The position numbers and the translations under genes are program-made. Source: Squalus acanthias (lineage: Eukaryota). From it: DNA of 64,000 bases. Below the pieces are notes generated by a model. The model was not told where the DNA came from, ran no database searches, and worked only from the letters and a program-made list of their open reading frames with translations. This document shows positions 23,103 to 35,356 of this stretch, piece by piece. The stretch is from contig CM059432.1 in NCBI GenBank assembly GCA_030390025.1, positions 129,148,001 through 129,212,000 on the forward strand, given 5' to 3'. Numbering within the stretch: position 1 is the stretch's first letter; each line of letters begins with the position of its first letter.

Positions 23103-25205
23103 ATAATGTTTGGAACACTCAAAAGCTCCAGTGCAGTGGCAGCACACTCCTAGATGAACCTTCAAATACAATGTGGCCATGGCTCCTTTAAATATCTTGG
23201 CTGAAAACATGTCATCAATTATGTTATCAGACCTGCACCATTTAATAGCGCCGGGTAACGTGCAGGGCTGCCTTAATAGGTGCCATTAACGGAAAGTCGA
23301 TCTCCGGAGCGAATGGAATGAGGAGCGGGTTCGCAACCCGCCACGGCGATCGCCAGCAACCGACCCACCCAGGTACAGAATATTCCGGCCATTGACATAG
23401 CAACAATACAGAGTGCAGTGTGAAAACATGGGCATGGATAATAAATGAACAGTCACCACGATACTGTGCATATTCCCTCTATGATGCGCCGCCAAACTAC
23501 TGGTGAACGAATGCATTGTAAGGTAGCACTGTAAAATGAAACAAAAATGTAAGAACATTTACCTCGATAATCTACCTGAGACTAGCAATATTATGTTAAT
23601 TAGGAGCCTAACGCCTGTTGAAAGACCCGTATGGAATACTTGTTTCCGATGAGTGGAGCAGGTGCTGGGCCTGCCCAACTCAGAACTGTTCAACAGCCAC
23701 CAACGACGGGTAAGTTGACAAAAAAATGAATCAGTTGGCGTGATCGCTTTTCCTCTCAACCCCCTTTGCCCGCTCCACCCCCCCATCCCCCAACTTACCT
23801 CCGAGCCAATGCCAGCAAGGCAAGCGGCCTGTGATTTGGCAGCTTCAGTATGCGAGCGGCCTATGGATTAGCAACAGGCAGCTCGCGCTTAAAACGCTAA
23901 TGAGGCCCGAGGCCTGATTTCGGGCCTGCCTCAGGCCACCTACAAGCCTCGCCCAAAAACGGGCCCAGTTGAATTTCTGTCCCACAGTGCTCAAAGAACT
24001 GTGCTTGCACTGCTACTGCACCAGGGTTGAATTATCAGCTTCTATGAGTTTACTTCTGAGGAAGTGATCAGATACTTTCTGCAGACTATACTTTACCCAT
24101 TATTTTTGCTATACTCCTGTGATGATTTCCCTGATTTTTTTTCCTGTAAACACATAAGAAACAAGCAAAAAGAAAAGACTATTTGGCCCAACAAGACTGC
24201 TTTTTCCATAGAATATATACTATTGGCCTCATCATGGGCTCTTACCCACCGATGTCATCTCCTGAGGGGGTAGATTTTTGATATGCATCAGAGGCGTGTG
24301 AGAGGCTCAGCACTGTCGATGGTACAGGACCTCACAAAATTTATCCTCCTATCTTTCCATTTCCCTACCCCCATTGTTCAAACCTGGCTGGTTGCGTTGC
24401 ATAAAAGACCTTACCTTGGTCAACGGCAGCATAGGTTTCATGTAGTGTTTATTTATCTCTGTCCATACTTAACCCTGTAGCCTTCATACTCATTCCAAAG
24501 CAGATATTTATCCAGCTCATTTCTGAAGTAGTTAATTGACACCGCATTAAATGCTATTGTTGGGTTCTGTTCCAAAAAAACCCCAGTCTGTGGGGGAAGC
24601 TAGAGGAGACAAGTATCTCTCGATCTCTGGTCTCCCCCGAGGCTCGTTAAATTTGGTGTCCTCTAGTTGTATGCTCAGGCTCCAAGGAAAATAGCCCACA
24701 CAAGTGAGTATGGAAGCAATGACACTGTTAAGATAATTTACTCCAAAGTTATAGCCTAACATAACTTACCATTCCTTCAAGGCTTTCGACTAATCCCTTT
24801 AACAAACACACGTCTTTTTTCAGCTGAGGTAGTTTGTCGTCAGCCAACAGAAGAATTATCCTGCCAGCTGTTCTCTGTGCTTCTTTCTCTCTCGCTCTTT
24901 CTTTCTCACTCTCTCTATCTCTGACCCTTTGCAAAGTAGAAAGCTTTACTGTGACAGTTAAAAGGATGCATTTTTTTTCTGGCCGAATTCGAGGTTTCCC
25001 TACCTCCTGGCTGACATTTCTGATTCACCCAGTAAATGCATGTTCTTTTGAAAATGAAGAATGACATTATTTTTGAGTGGTATTTATCCACTATAGCCCA
25101 GAAGTGACTGTTTACAATATTAAGGTATGGATGCTTGACCTTTTGTATGATACTGCTCTGTCTGCTATTTTAACAGAGACTTTAACCCATTAAATAAAAC
25201 ATTAA

Positions 25206-25954
25206 GGGGGAAAAATTCGTTAGCAACCATTTTGGGTCGCTAACATCGCCTGGGCGCTAAATTTAGCGCCTGGTGAAAAATGGTGCCGGTGATCGCTAAA
25301 TTCAGTTTTAGCGCCCCAAGAGGGAGGTGGAGCGCTAATTCAAGCGCTCCACTTCCTTCTTAGCGCTCTAACCCCCGAATATCAAGGTGGTGCGTTCTGC
25401 AGCGCTACGCACTGGGCCACGTAGCGCTGCTGCATGGAAGGGCTCTTCCCCTCATTAAAGGGGAGGGCCCAAGCCCACAACTCTGCGGGGCCTTGCCTGG
25501 ACCACCGGGGATTGGGGTGCCGTGCCAGCAGCCTGGCACTCAAGAGGAGTGCCGGGCTGCCAGATCGCGGCACGGACCCCGCGTTCAAAGACGCAACGGG
25601 CAGCGACAAGTAAATCGGCCGATTTTTTCCCCCCCGCCCGCCACCTCCCCTTTACTTAGCGCCCCGCGAGCCTCCTGCCGCTCCGTTCCCGCCCCCTGAA
25701 TCAGTCGCTGTCATTGCCCGGCGCAGATTCAGGGGGCGCGGGCCAATTTTGCAGGCGGAGCAAAAACAGGGCGCTACGCACGGTGATGACGTCATCATCG
25801 CCTGCGCGGGGGAGCGGGCCGCTACCGGTTACCGCCGCTGCTGAATTTAGCGGGAGTCGTTAGCGGCACTACGCCCGGGCGAAAAGTCGTTTGCGCCCCC
25901 ATTAGTGCCCCCCAGGGGCTAACGAGAGGCACAAATGCACCAAATTTCTAGCCC
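25206..25954 (-). mobile_element. Non-autonomous Harbinger element (MITE-like)
   Basis: TIRs GGGGGAAAAATT / AAATTTCTAGCCC. TSD TAA at 25203-25205 and 25955-25957. Many TTAGCGCC/GGCGCTAA motifs. CRE at 25787. Confidence 0.88.
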
Positions 25955-26149
25955 TAAGTTTTCAGAAGCTAATGGTGCAAGGAATCATATCTAAGTTTAT
26001 ATTACAAGAAATTTGTTTTTCACTTATTTGAGACTGCTGGGAAATGTGATTTTTTTTTTTAGCCCTTCTGTTTACTTCTCCCTCTCTCTCGCTCGCCATG
26101 TCTCTCCCTCTCTACCTAAAATAACCCATTAGCGTCAACTAAATCCGTC

Positions 26150-26478
26150 TTGCGTCTTTCGGATGAGACATTAAACCGAGGCCCCGTCTGCTCTCTCAGG
26201 TGGATGTAAAAGATCCTGCGGTACTATTCCAAAGAAGCGCAGGGGCTTTATCCCCAGTGTCCTGGCCAATATTTATCCCTCAGTCAACTTCACTAAAAAA
26301 ACAGAATATTTGGTCATTATCACATTGCTGTTTGTGGGACCTTGCAGTGTGCAGATTGGCTGCCGCTTTTCCTACATTATAACAGTGACTACACTTCAAA
26401 AAGAACTTCATTGGCTGTAAAGTGCTTTGGGACATCCGGTGGTCGTGAAAGGCGCTATAGAAATGCAAGTCTTTCTTT
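26150..26478 (+). mobile_element. Deu-domain SINE
   Basis: GGATGAGACATTAAACCGAGGCCCCG core and an L2-like tail GGCGCTATAGAAATGCAAG. Confidence 0.8.
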
Positions 26479-27627
26479 CTTTTAATAGTAAGTCCCAGCA
26501 CTGATTGTTGGGTAAGACCACTTGGTACGTCCCCCACCTTCATGTCACTCCTCTAGCAAGTGCCTGCTGCTTCGTACCCTCCAATCAATGACTTCTTTCT
26601 ATATAAAGGAAATTTCCTCATTTTATCCTTTCTCAGGTTTTATCTTAAATCCTCTCAGCTTTCAGCTTAAGTAACAGCCTTTGATGTGGAGCATCGTCAG
26701 TCTTTGGAGGCATACGTGCACCACATTGTAGGGCTTTCCATTGTCCATTTGGATGGCCACTACCTCAAAAAAGTCAAGGAGATTGGTCAGGCAGGATCTT
26801 CCCTTTCTGATTCTGTGTGAGTTGCTGTCCACTAGGTTACTATCATACGGGTATTCCTCAAGATTTGCTGCAGATAATTGATTGTCTCACCCAGTATTGG
26901 CACGAGACTAAAGCAGGGATTTTAACTCTTGGTTGGAAAGAAGGGGAGAGGTGCCAGCCTTGCTGGGAGGGAGTTGCCATGGGAGGCCTGGTTGATTTTA
27001 AATGGCCGGGCCTCATTAACATTTAACTGTCGCCCCACAAAGATCGGGGGGGACTCGCAGGTGGGAAGAGAGGAGGTAGCCTGAGGCGGCAGAGGCCCAC
27101 ATTTTCCTTGAGGGGCATGGAGAAGCACCTCTGCTCCTCATGGCCCTACAAAGATAGGTTTTGTACTTGCGTTTTTGGGCCTCTGCCTCTGCTACGGCAG
27201 ATTTCACCGGTCACAGCCTCCATGGTGAACTCTGTGGCCAGTAGGTTGTTAAGGTGGCCTCAGGGTCCAATTGCATATATTTATGAGACTAAACTGGTGA
27301 AGTAGGGCCACTGTTATAATGTAGGCAAACATAGGCCGGAATTTTCCCTACCTGGGTGGGTCTGGTGTGGGCAGTCGCCATGGCGGATCGCGAGCCCATT
27401 GCTGGTTCCATCCCGCGCCACAAAACTACTTTACGTTAATAGGGCCTATTAAGCCCACCCTGCGCGTTACCCAGCCCAATTAAATGGTGCGAGTCTGGTG
27501 ATGTCATCGATGATGCGTTTTCAGCCGGGGTATTTGAAGGAGCCATGCCCACATTGCATTTGAAGGTTAATCTAGGAGTGTGCAGTCAGTGCACGGCACT
27601 ATTTCACTACTGCCCAGATCAGCAAAG

Positions 27628-29475
27628 CTGACTGCACAGAGGCAGAGGGCTGCACCCAGGTTCTCCGATGTCTCCCTCCATATGCTTGTGGAGGGAGTCA
27701 GAGCACGCAGGGAGGTCCTCTTCTCTGCTGATGGCCGGAAGAGACCCCCCCAACAGACCAAGTCAGCATAGCTCCAAATTGCAAAGGAGGTGAATAGCAG
27801 GGATGTCATCATGAGGACCTGGGTGCAGTGCCGCAAATGTTTCAATGATCTTGTTAAATCAGGAAAGGTGAGTACAAAGCCACTCACCTTCTTGCTGCTG
27901 TGCCTCTCATCACATCCCCATCACTCTGCCTTCCCAACCCTACTCCTGCACATCCTTACTCACACCACCATACCTTGCACCTCCACCCATCCCTCTCTCT
28001 CTATCCACATTATCACATCCCCATCTCACTAGCCATCCCTCACACTCACCCTCATCCTAGTGCTATCATACCAACTAACACCACACAAGGAGGCCACTTG
28101 GCATTGCCACCCCACTCCATCATAGTCACCCTCTAAAGCTGTAACCCATCCATTCCTTACACTCATTCCATCACTCTCACTCAACCTTCTCTTCTTTCCC
28201 TCCTTGCAGGAAAAGAGAGCCCACAATAAGAGGGAGACGGAGAGAACTGGCGGTGGAATCCCATCAATGGCTACCCTCACAATAGCAGAGGAGGCTGCAT
28301 TAGAGCTGTCAGGAGTCACCGAGCACCTGGAGGTGGGAGACAGAGGGAGAGGGACATCTCAGCAACCTGGTGACAGAATTACATATCATACAGTTATATG
28401 GCATACATCAGTCACTCATATAGTGACTGATGTCAGCAGCCAGTGAATGGTCATCAAGTGCATAATGGTATCTGTACCCATTCTTCATATGACATATCTA
28501 ACTCATCTCTTTACTCACAGGTTCATCAAGAGTCCCCCCCCCTCCGCCCCCCCCCAACTGACCAGGAGGAAGAGGAAGACGAATCCTCAGAGGAGCCTCC
28601 AGCCTCTGAGGGCGCACCATCACCAGATATAAACACAGCCAGCACCAGCGCAGATACGCACACCTCGGTAGGTCCCTCGCGAGATAGAGTAGTGTTGTCA
28701 CCTGGTGTCTCACAACTCACAAGTGAGCAAGAGCAGATGGTGGAGACAGGGACAGCAGTGGAGACTCCCAGCTCTGCTCAACTGCATGCAGATACTGAGC
28801 CTCGGGGGCCATCCAGAATGAGGGCGATCCTGGAGGGGCAGCAAGAAGTGCAGGAGGCTTTGACAGATTTTGCGAGTGCAATGTCTGCAAATGTGCAGAG
28901 AATGAAGGAGTCCATCTCCAACATGAGCACCACCATGTCGCAGGCGATGGCGACTGTAGGCTCTTCCATGGATAGGATGGCCACCTGCATGGAGCAGCTA
29001 ACGCGCCACTCACAGGAGCATATGGTCTCTATGGAGCATAGATGGCTATCTATGGAGAATAGATGGCAGAGGCTCATAGACCTCCTGTCTAGGAGGGATG
29101 TCAGTGTAGACGTGGGTCCTCATGGCCCCACTGATGTGCAGCAAGGTGCTCTCCAGCTCCTTGTTAGCAGGGAAGTGTGGGTGGCTCATGAGAGGAATGA
29201 TGGTGAGAGGGGACATGGAAAGTGGGGGCTCTTCTCAAAGTGCTCAGACTTCTCCCCTGTTGCCACCCCCTCAGTCAGAGCCCCAGATGCCTCCCAAGAC
29301 AGCGATGGCTGAGTCTGCCCCTGCACAGTCGCAGGAGGCGCAGACTTTGGCAAGGCCATCACAGGCTCCAAGAGGACGACTAGCAAAAGTGTCTATGCAG
29401 TTGCTGCAGGGAAATGAGCAGGCTGCCTCTACCTCTGCTGAAGCCACAGGGGTACCACCACGTAGAAGCACATGA
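27628..29475 (+). pseudogene. Harbinger Myb/SANT partner gene, 3 exons (27628-27867, 28210-28369, 28521-29475), disrupted
   Basis: Start codon reads CTG. TAG at 27769-27771. Frameshift near 29220. GT-AG sites at positions equivalent to family A. Confidence 0.8.
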
Positions 29476-30077
29476 AAGAGAAAGATGCCACACGAGCAGA
29501 GTCACAAGGGTAGCCACTTAGGTGTTTTATTCAATGTTAATGTGAAGTTTCAGTTAATGCCATGTGAACCATAATTTTCTTTATTTTCAAAACTTTCCAG
29601 TCTTGGACAAATTTGTGTGCACCTTTGGAAGTGTATTAGTTAGTTGGAGTGAAGGCTCAGACATAACGTTACCTCCAGCAATGGTGGTGACTGTGAAAGG
29701 AATGGATTAGTCATTGTAGGGATGCTTTATGGTGTGGCTGTGGGTGTTGCCAACCTGGCGAAGCATGTGGCAGCCATATGGGTATATTGCGTAAAGTTAA
29801 TTAAATCTGGCCATGATGAGGCCATCCCTGGCCTCCCAGACAGCAATGTGCTCGAGTGCTGGTGCCATCTGCACTGCAGGTTCCTCCAGCACCTGCTCCT
29901 CCTCGTCTTCCAGCTGATGCTCCTCCTTCTCCTATGAAGAGGCTGTGCACTCAGAGCCTTGCTCCTCATGCAGCGCTAATCCTCGCTGCTGCGCTCTGTT
30001 GTGCAGGGCGCAGCAGACCACGATGATTCTGGAGACCCTGGCTGGTGCGTACTGAAGGGCTCCTCCAGATCTGTCAA

Positions 30078-30292
30078 AAGTGAGAAGTCGCACAACACCA
30101 GGCTATAGTCCAACAGTTTTATTTGAAATCACAAGCTTTCGGAGCTGCTGCCCCTTCGTCAGGTCACTTCACCTGACGAAGGGGCAGCAGCTCCGAAAGC
30201 TTGTGATTTCAAATAAAACTGTTGGACTATAACCTGGTGGTGTGCGACTTGTCACTTTTGTCCACCCCAGTCCAACACCGGCATCTCCGCAT
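30078..30292. mobile_element. Penelope-like element terminal palindrome
   Basis: Inverted arms of about 90 bp (30075-30164 and 30171-30260). 12-bp duplication CAGATCTGTCAA at 30066-30077 and 30293-30304. Confidence 0.75.
30169..30206 (+). ncRNA. Minimal type I hammerhead ribozyme motif
   Basis: Helix I UCAC/GUGA, core CUGACGA(A), helix II GGGGC-AGCA-GCUCC, GAAA, minimal palindromic helix III (AAGCUU), NUH site CUU. Confidence 0.65.
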
Positions 30293-31689
30293 CAGATCTG
30301 TCAAGGCATCTGAAGCGCATTTTGAGCATGCCTATTGTCTGCTCTATGACACATCTGGTGGAGATGTGGCTTTCATTATATCTCTCCTTGGCCTAAGTAC
30401 TTGGCCTCCTCAAGGGTGTCCTGAGCCATGTCTTCAGTGGATAGCCCTTGTCTCCAAGCAGCCAAATGGAAAGTCTGTTTGGAGGAACAAAGAGCTGAGG
30501 GAGGGTGGACTGACGAAGGATGAAAGAGCCATGGCAGCTGCCAGGGAATTTGGCGCACACATGCATGATGATCTTCCTGTGGTTGCAGACGAGCTGCACA
30601 TTGAGGGAGTGGAAACCCTTGCGGTTCACAAACACTCCTGGGTGATGATGGGGTGCCCTGATGGCCACATGTGTGCAGTCGATGACGCCCTGCACCTGTG
30701 GGAAGCCAGTCAGAGTGGCAAAGCTGAGTGCATGCTCAGTAACACTGGCTTCATCAGTGGTAAAGTTGATATAATTGGCTGACTTGTCAAACAGTGCATC
30801 GGTGACCTGTGTGAAGCTGACTGGGAGATGCCGCAAATGTCTGCTGCAGATCCCTGGAAGGCGCCTGAGGCGAAGAAGTTGAGGGTGCTGGTGACTTTGG
30901 CAGCCACTGGTAAGGTGTGTCCACCAGGTCCTCTGGGCTGCAGGTCTTGCTCCAGCAATGTGCAAATGTCTGCGACGACCTGGTGCGATAGCCGGAGCCT
31001 CCTTTGGCACTGCTGCTCAGTCATGTTGAAGAAGCTCATCCTCTGCCTGGATACCCTGTGTTGGGGGTATCGCCTCTGGTGTGGTGCAGCCTTGTGCTGA
31101 TGCCCTCTGTCCTGTGCAGCACCAGGGCGTTGGGGAGAAGGTTGGTGGTGTTGTTGTTGGTGCTGCTGGTGTGCCTGGTTTGCTGGTATTGGGGCCCATC
31201 GTGGTCAGATTCTGAGGACCAAGGTGAGACAGTATAAACGGCACCCATGCTGATGGAATAGATGGCAGGTGAAGTAGAGTTGACAGAAGCAATCTGTCAA
31301 TGGTGAGAGAGGTTCTTCCAATGCGGCGACACTGGATGGAGACTTTACTGGAAAGATTTGCAGCCTGCAGAAAGCTGAATCTGTGCTGGGAATGCAGTCA
31401 GCAACAGCTTCTGTCTGAGGAAAGTGATCAGCTGTCAGGTGGGAGCTTTTATAGTACATTTGACGCTGTCAACTAATCGGCTGGATCAATGGCCACTGAA
31501 CTCTCGCCTTAGGTTGACAAACGTGGTTCCCGTGGGCATCCAGTGAAATTGGAAAAGTAAGGTTAAAAAGTCTTCTAAGGCGCTTGGGGGCGAGATAACA
31601 TTGGGTTCCCGACCCGCTCCAAGAAATGTCAACTTTCCCACCCGACTCGCCTCTGATCGCATCCGCACAGACCCTGGAAAAGTCCGGCC

Positions 31690-32015
31690 ATAGTAGTTCA
31701 TTTACACTCAGCAAGACCCCACAAACAGAAATGAGGTACATGACCAGTTACTCTGTTTTTGATGGTGTTGGCTGAGGGATAAATGTTGGGCAGGAGAACT
31801 GCCCTGTTCTTCTTTGAATAGCGCAATGGGATCTTTTATATCCACCAGACAGACCTAGTTCCATCTGAAAATGGTATCTCCGACAGTGCAGCACTCCCTC
31901 AGTACTGCACTGAAGTGTCAGCCTAGATCAGGTGCTCAAATCTCTGGAGTGGGGCTTGAACCCACAACCTTCTGACTCAAAGGTCAGAGTGCTACCTCTG
32001 AGCCAAGGCTGACAC
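31690..32015 (-). mobile_element. Deu-domain SINE (remainder at about 27297-27333)
   Basis: CCGACAGTGCAGCACTCCCTCAGTACTGCAC and a tRNA-like head GGGGCTTGAACCCA, both in reverse orientation. Confidence 0.78.
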
Positions 32016-32054
32016 CTATCTGGCTCTGGTACTGCCTATGGTCATGACTTAGCA

Positions 32055-32400
32055 GATCTGAATGTCCTGGACCTCATCAAATACCTTTCCATAAGTCCAC
32101 TGCCGTGAGAAGGAAATACAGGGACTTTGTCAACAATATTGTTTGGATGCCCAACAGGCCAGCAATGATATGAGGGATTTTGTAGGAAACCCATAGAGTG
32201 AGCCCAGTGATTTAAAACCTCTTCTGATGCGTGTCCAAACTTTCTTGAACAGTAGAGCTGAACCTGAAAAGATGTTTCATCCTTACGAACAGTGTTGCTT
32301 CAGACCTCAGAACAGCATTAATACGTTAAGTCTCATGTGATCAACCTGAATGTACCTCTTCTCTTGTGGGATTGAAATATGTACATCAGAAAGTCGCTCC
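32055..32400 (+). pseudogene. Possible decayed hAT-type transposase C-terminal fragment
   Basis: Broken frame CREKEIQGLCQQY...MRDFV...DLKPLLMRVQTFLNSRAEPEKMF...NSVASDLRTAL recalls the hAT dimerization motif S-x-A-E-x-E-R-x-F-S-x-M-N...R. Confidence 0.4.
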
Positions 32401-35356
32401 AAAATCAAAGGATGGCAAATAACTCAAGGTCAAGGAGATGTGGTAGCTAAATTTTGATAAAGATTGGTTGTTACTATCATGAAGATAAATTTTTAAATTA
32501 TATATATATTTAATATATTTTATTTGGAAAACCTTGTTTTTGTCCTTCAGTGTGTTGGTGGCGGGTGAATACATCAGGTTATTTGTGGTCTACGAACTGA
32601 TTTGGGGATAAATTAAATGGACAACAATAATAGTTATTTAAAGAAAAGAAGAGGATTTGTCTCTCCCCAATAAATCTGAGTGATTCATTTTGAGGACAAA
32701 GGAGGTTTAGTGGTGTAACAAGAAGCAACTTCAAACAAGTGCATTACTTTGCTAATAATAGATTACCACATAGAATGTAATTCACTATTATAGTTGTTTT
32801 CTATCCAGCTTCGTGGGGTACATTATTGAACAGTAGAGCTGAACCTGAAAAGACACAGTTTGGACACGCATCAGAAGAGGTTTGTGTGAAGTAGTATTCA
32901 TAAAACATTTTCACAAAGTTTACTCCAAAATGCCGGAAAATGCACCAAATGAAGAAGCAAAAATCTATCTTTTCAGGAACAGCATTCCTCAGACTCCCTT
33001 ACAAAATAAATCTCACACATGATATACAGCATATCACTTCTAAAATTGGTGCCCGGGCATAAAACTGGCATTGTAGATTGAGCACCCATTATAGAAACCG
33101 GGCAATAGAAATTGAAGTCAATAGAAGTTAAAATCAGGTGGTTTCTATAACAGGCAGACAATCCTCAGTGCCAGTTGTATACCTGGGCGGTAAGTTGGAA
33201 ACCTGCCCCTTTCAATAGCTCTTTCAAAGAGCCGGCACAGGCACTGATGGGCCGAGTGGCCTCCTTCTGTGCTGTATCATTCTATGATTCTACAATACAT
33301 CTCTGCCTGCATTCAACTCCTTCATAAGGGTTGGCATTAGGTTGGCAAGTGGTGGTTAACACTGAAACAATCAGCTGTGATTCACAACAAACATACTATT
33401 TTTGAGGCTATGAAGTCCAGTGTGTGTGACTTGACTTGACATTAACCCTGACCTAATTATGCTTATAGGCTTTTGCATCCATAACTGATAAATTATTTGC
33501 ATGTCACATGGCAAACTCAGTCTCTGGAGAAACTCTCCTGTGATCACATATGCTCATCAAGTTGGAAGTAAATATTGTCTCGTGGGGGGGATGTTGGATA
33601 TGATTGATGTAATGTTCTAAATTACATTTCCCTCAAGCATGCACACCTCAGATATGCCAAATCCTCCGAGCTATCCCATCAATTTCAAACCCTGGTCCTG
33701 TTTTCCTCTCATTCCTGATAGGAAAGAATAAGTTGAAACTGACATGTAAGACAAAAAGCCATGCACGTTTCATATTAGCTCAGCCGTGCACAAAAGAGCT
33801 TTGAACACCTGCTCCGACCTAATATTACAAGTTCTGTTTTTGAGGCTCAAGCCTGGTTGGTCTTCAGGAGCAGATCCAAGTTATATGAACTGGAAGAAGC
33901 AGTGCTGTCAGAGCTGGCTTGGAGTCTTGTATCAGTGGAAGTGTGGGAAATGAATATTACTCTATATTGCATCAGTGCCCAGCCACTGACCAAATGATCA
34001 ATGGTTTTGGCCTGCTAGAACAAGGAGAGGATTTGCTGCACATTATAAAAACATGCTTGAATAAGGCAGAAAGTCCTGAAAATACACAGCATCTGTAAAG
34101 AGAAGAGTTAACATTTCGAGTATAACCCCTCATCACTTCTGCGACCAGTTTGAAGATGTGTCCCCTTGTCCTATCACAGTTGAGTTTTAAATAGTGTTCA
34201 GGATTTACCATTTCCTACCGTATACACCTGTATAAGATCACCACTCAGTGGCTTCCTATCAAGGTGGAAAACATCACGTTTCTTCAGCCCTTTTCTCATA
34301 ACAGCCCTCCGGCACGAGGGAACAGTCTTGTGGGTCTTCTCTTACTTGCTTCTCGCTGATGGAGACATTTTGTAAATGATCTTCTTTGGTGGGGCACGCC
34401 GCTGTTTGGGAGCATTGAAGTATCTTTGTTAAAAGTGCACACTGGACTCATCAAGCATCACATTGTTGGTAAATGTTGAAGCGCGCCGCTCTCCATTACG
34501 AGTCCTGAGTACATGAGCTAAATAATTATAATCTAGAATCTGAGTGCAATAAAATCTGCTACATTTTCTTTTGGTGAGAAGCTGTATTTCAGGACAGGAG
34601 AAATACCAAGGGAGTCTTTGCTTCTGTCCTCAGCAACCAAGTATAGTCGGTGTGGCCAGAACAATTATACAGTGGGATTCCTGCTCCTGGTGCTAAAGCA
34701 GATTTTTGTGATATTAATTATCCATAGTGAGCTCCCAGCCTGACTACTTTGCAGGTGCTCTGCAGGGAGTGCAGAAGGGAGTGTTTCCCCTTTTGGGACC
34801 CCAGGACGCCCATATAATGTAAGAACTATACATTCTACTTCGCAGGAAGTGGCAGGCAGAATAAATGCTGTGGGTGATTCCACGATCTGGTGCTCCCAGT
34901 GGGAAGTAGCACTTCCACGTTATCACATCCTTGGAAACTGCCACCTTCACAGTGGCAACACAGGGAGATGGGAGAGAAATTATACAGTCATCGATACAAA
35001 CACTCCCTACCCACCTGGAGCCATCTAATCTCCTGGGAGAGGCGAAAAAACAGGTGAAAACCAGGCCGATTGGGAGGAAAAAAGTGGAAAATTTCCCTCT
35101 GACCCTTTTTGGCAATCAAAACTATTCCAGGACACCACACTGATCCTGACATATTATAAGAACATAAGAACCTAAGAAATAGGAGCAGGAGTAGGCCAAT
35201 CGGCCCTTCGAGCCTGCTCCGCCATTCAATAAGATCATGGCTGATCTGATCCTCACCTCAAATCTAAAGAACACAAGAAGTAGGAGCAGGACCCGGCCAC
35301 TCAGCCCCTGGGCCCGCTACACCACCCACAGGGCCTCGACCGATCCGAACTCAGCC

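Larger units (their letters stand above)
17644..23390 (+). mobile_element. PIF/Harbinger family B, copy 1, decayed (contains the 21487-23102 insertion)
   Basis: Ends GGCTGGAATTTT / AATATTCCGGCC, flanked by ATA/ATT. Convergent transposase and Myb remnants, homologous to 27334-31689. Confidence 0.85.
29800..31200 (-). pseudogene. Harbinger transposase, frameshifted and interrupted by a Penelope-type insertion
   Basis: [31 protein letters not shown] and [10 protein letters not shown] in ORF 30393-31010. Confidence 0.88.
27334..31689 (-). mobile_element. PIF/Harbinger family B, copy 2, inserted in a SINE
   Basis: TIRs GGCCGGAATTTTCC / GGAAAAGTCCGGCC (13 of 14 match). TSD ATA at 27331-27333 and 31690-31692. 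Confidence 0.92.

Noticed and set aside
31940..32015. tRNA gene
   Set aside because: Only a degenerate tRNA-derived SINE head with a B-box-like motif; no full cloverleaf is evident.
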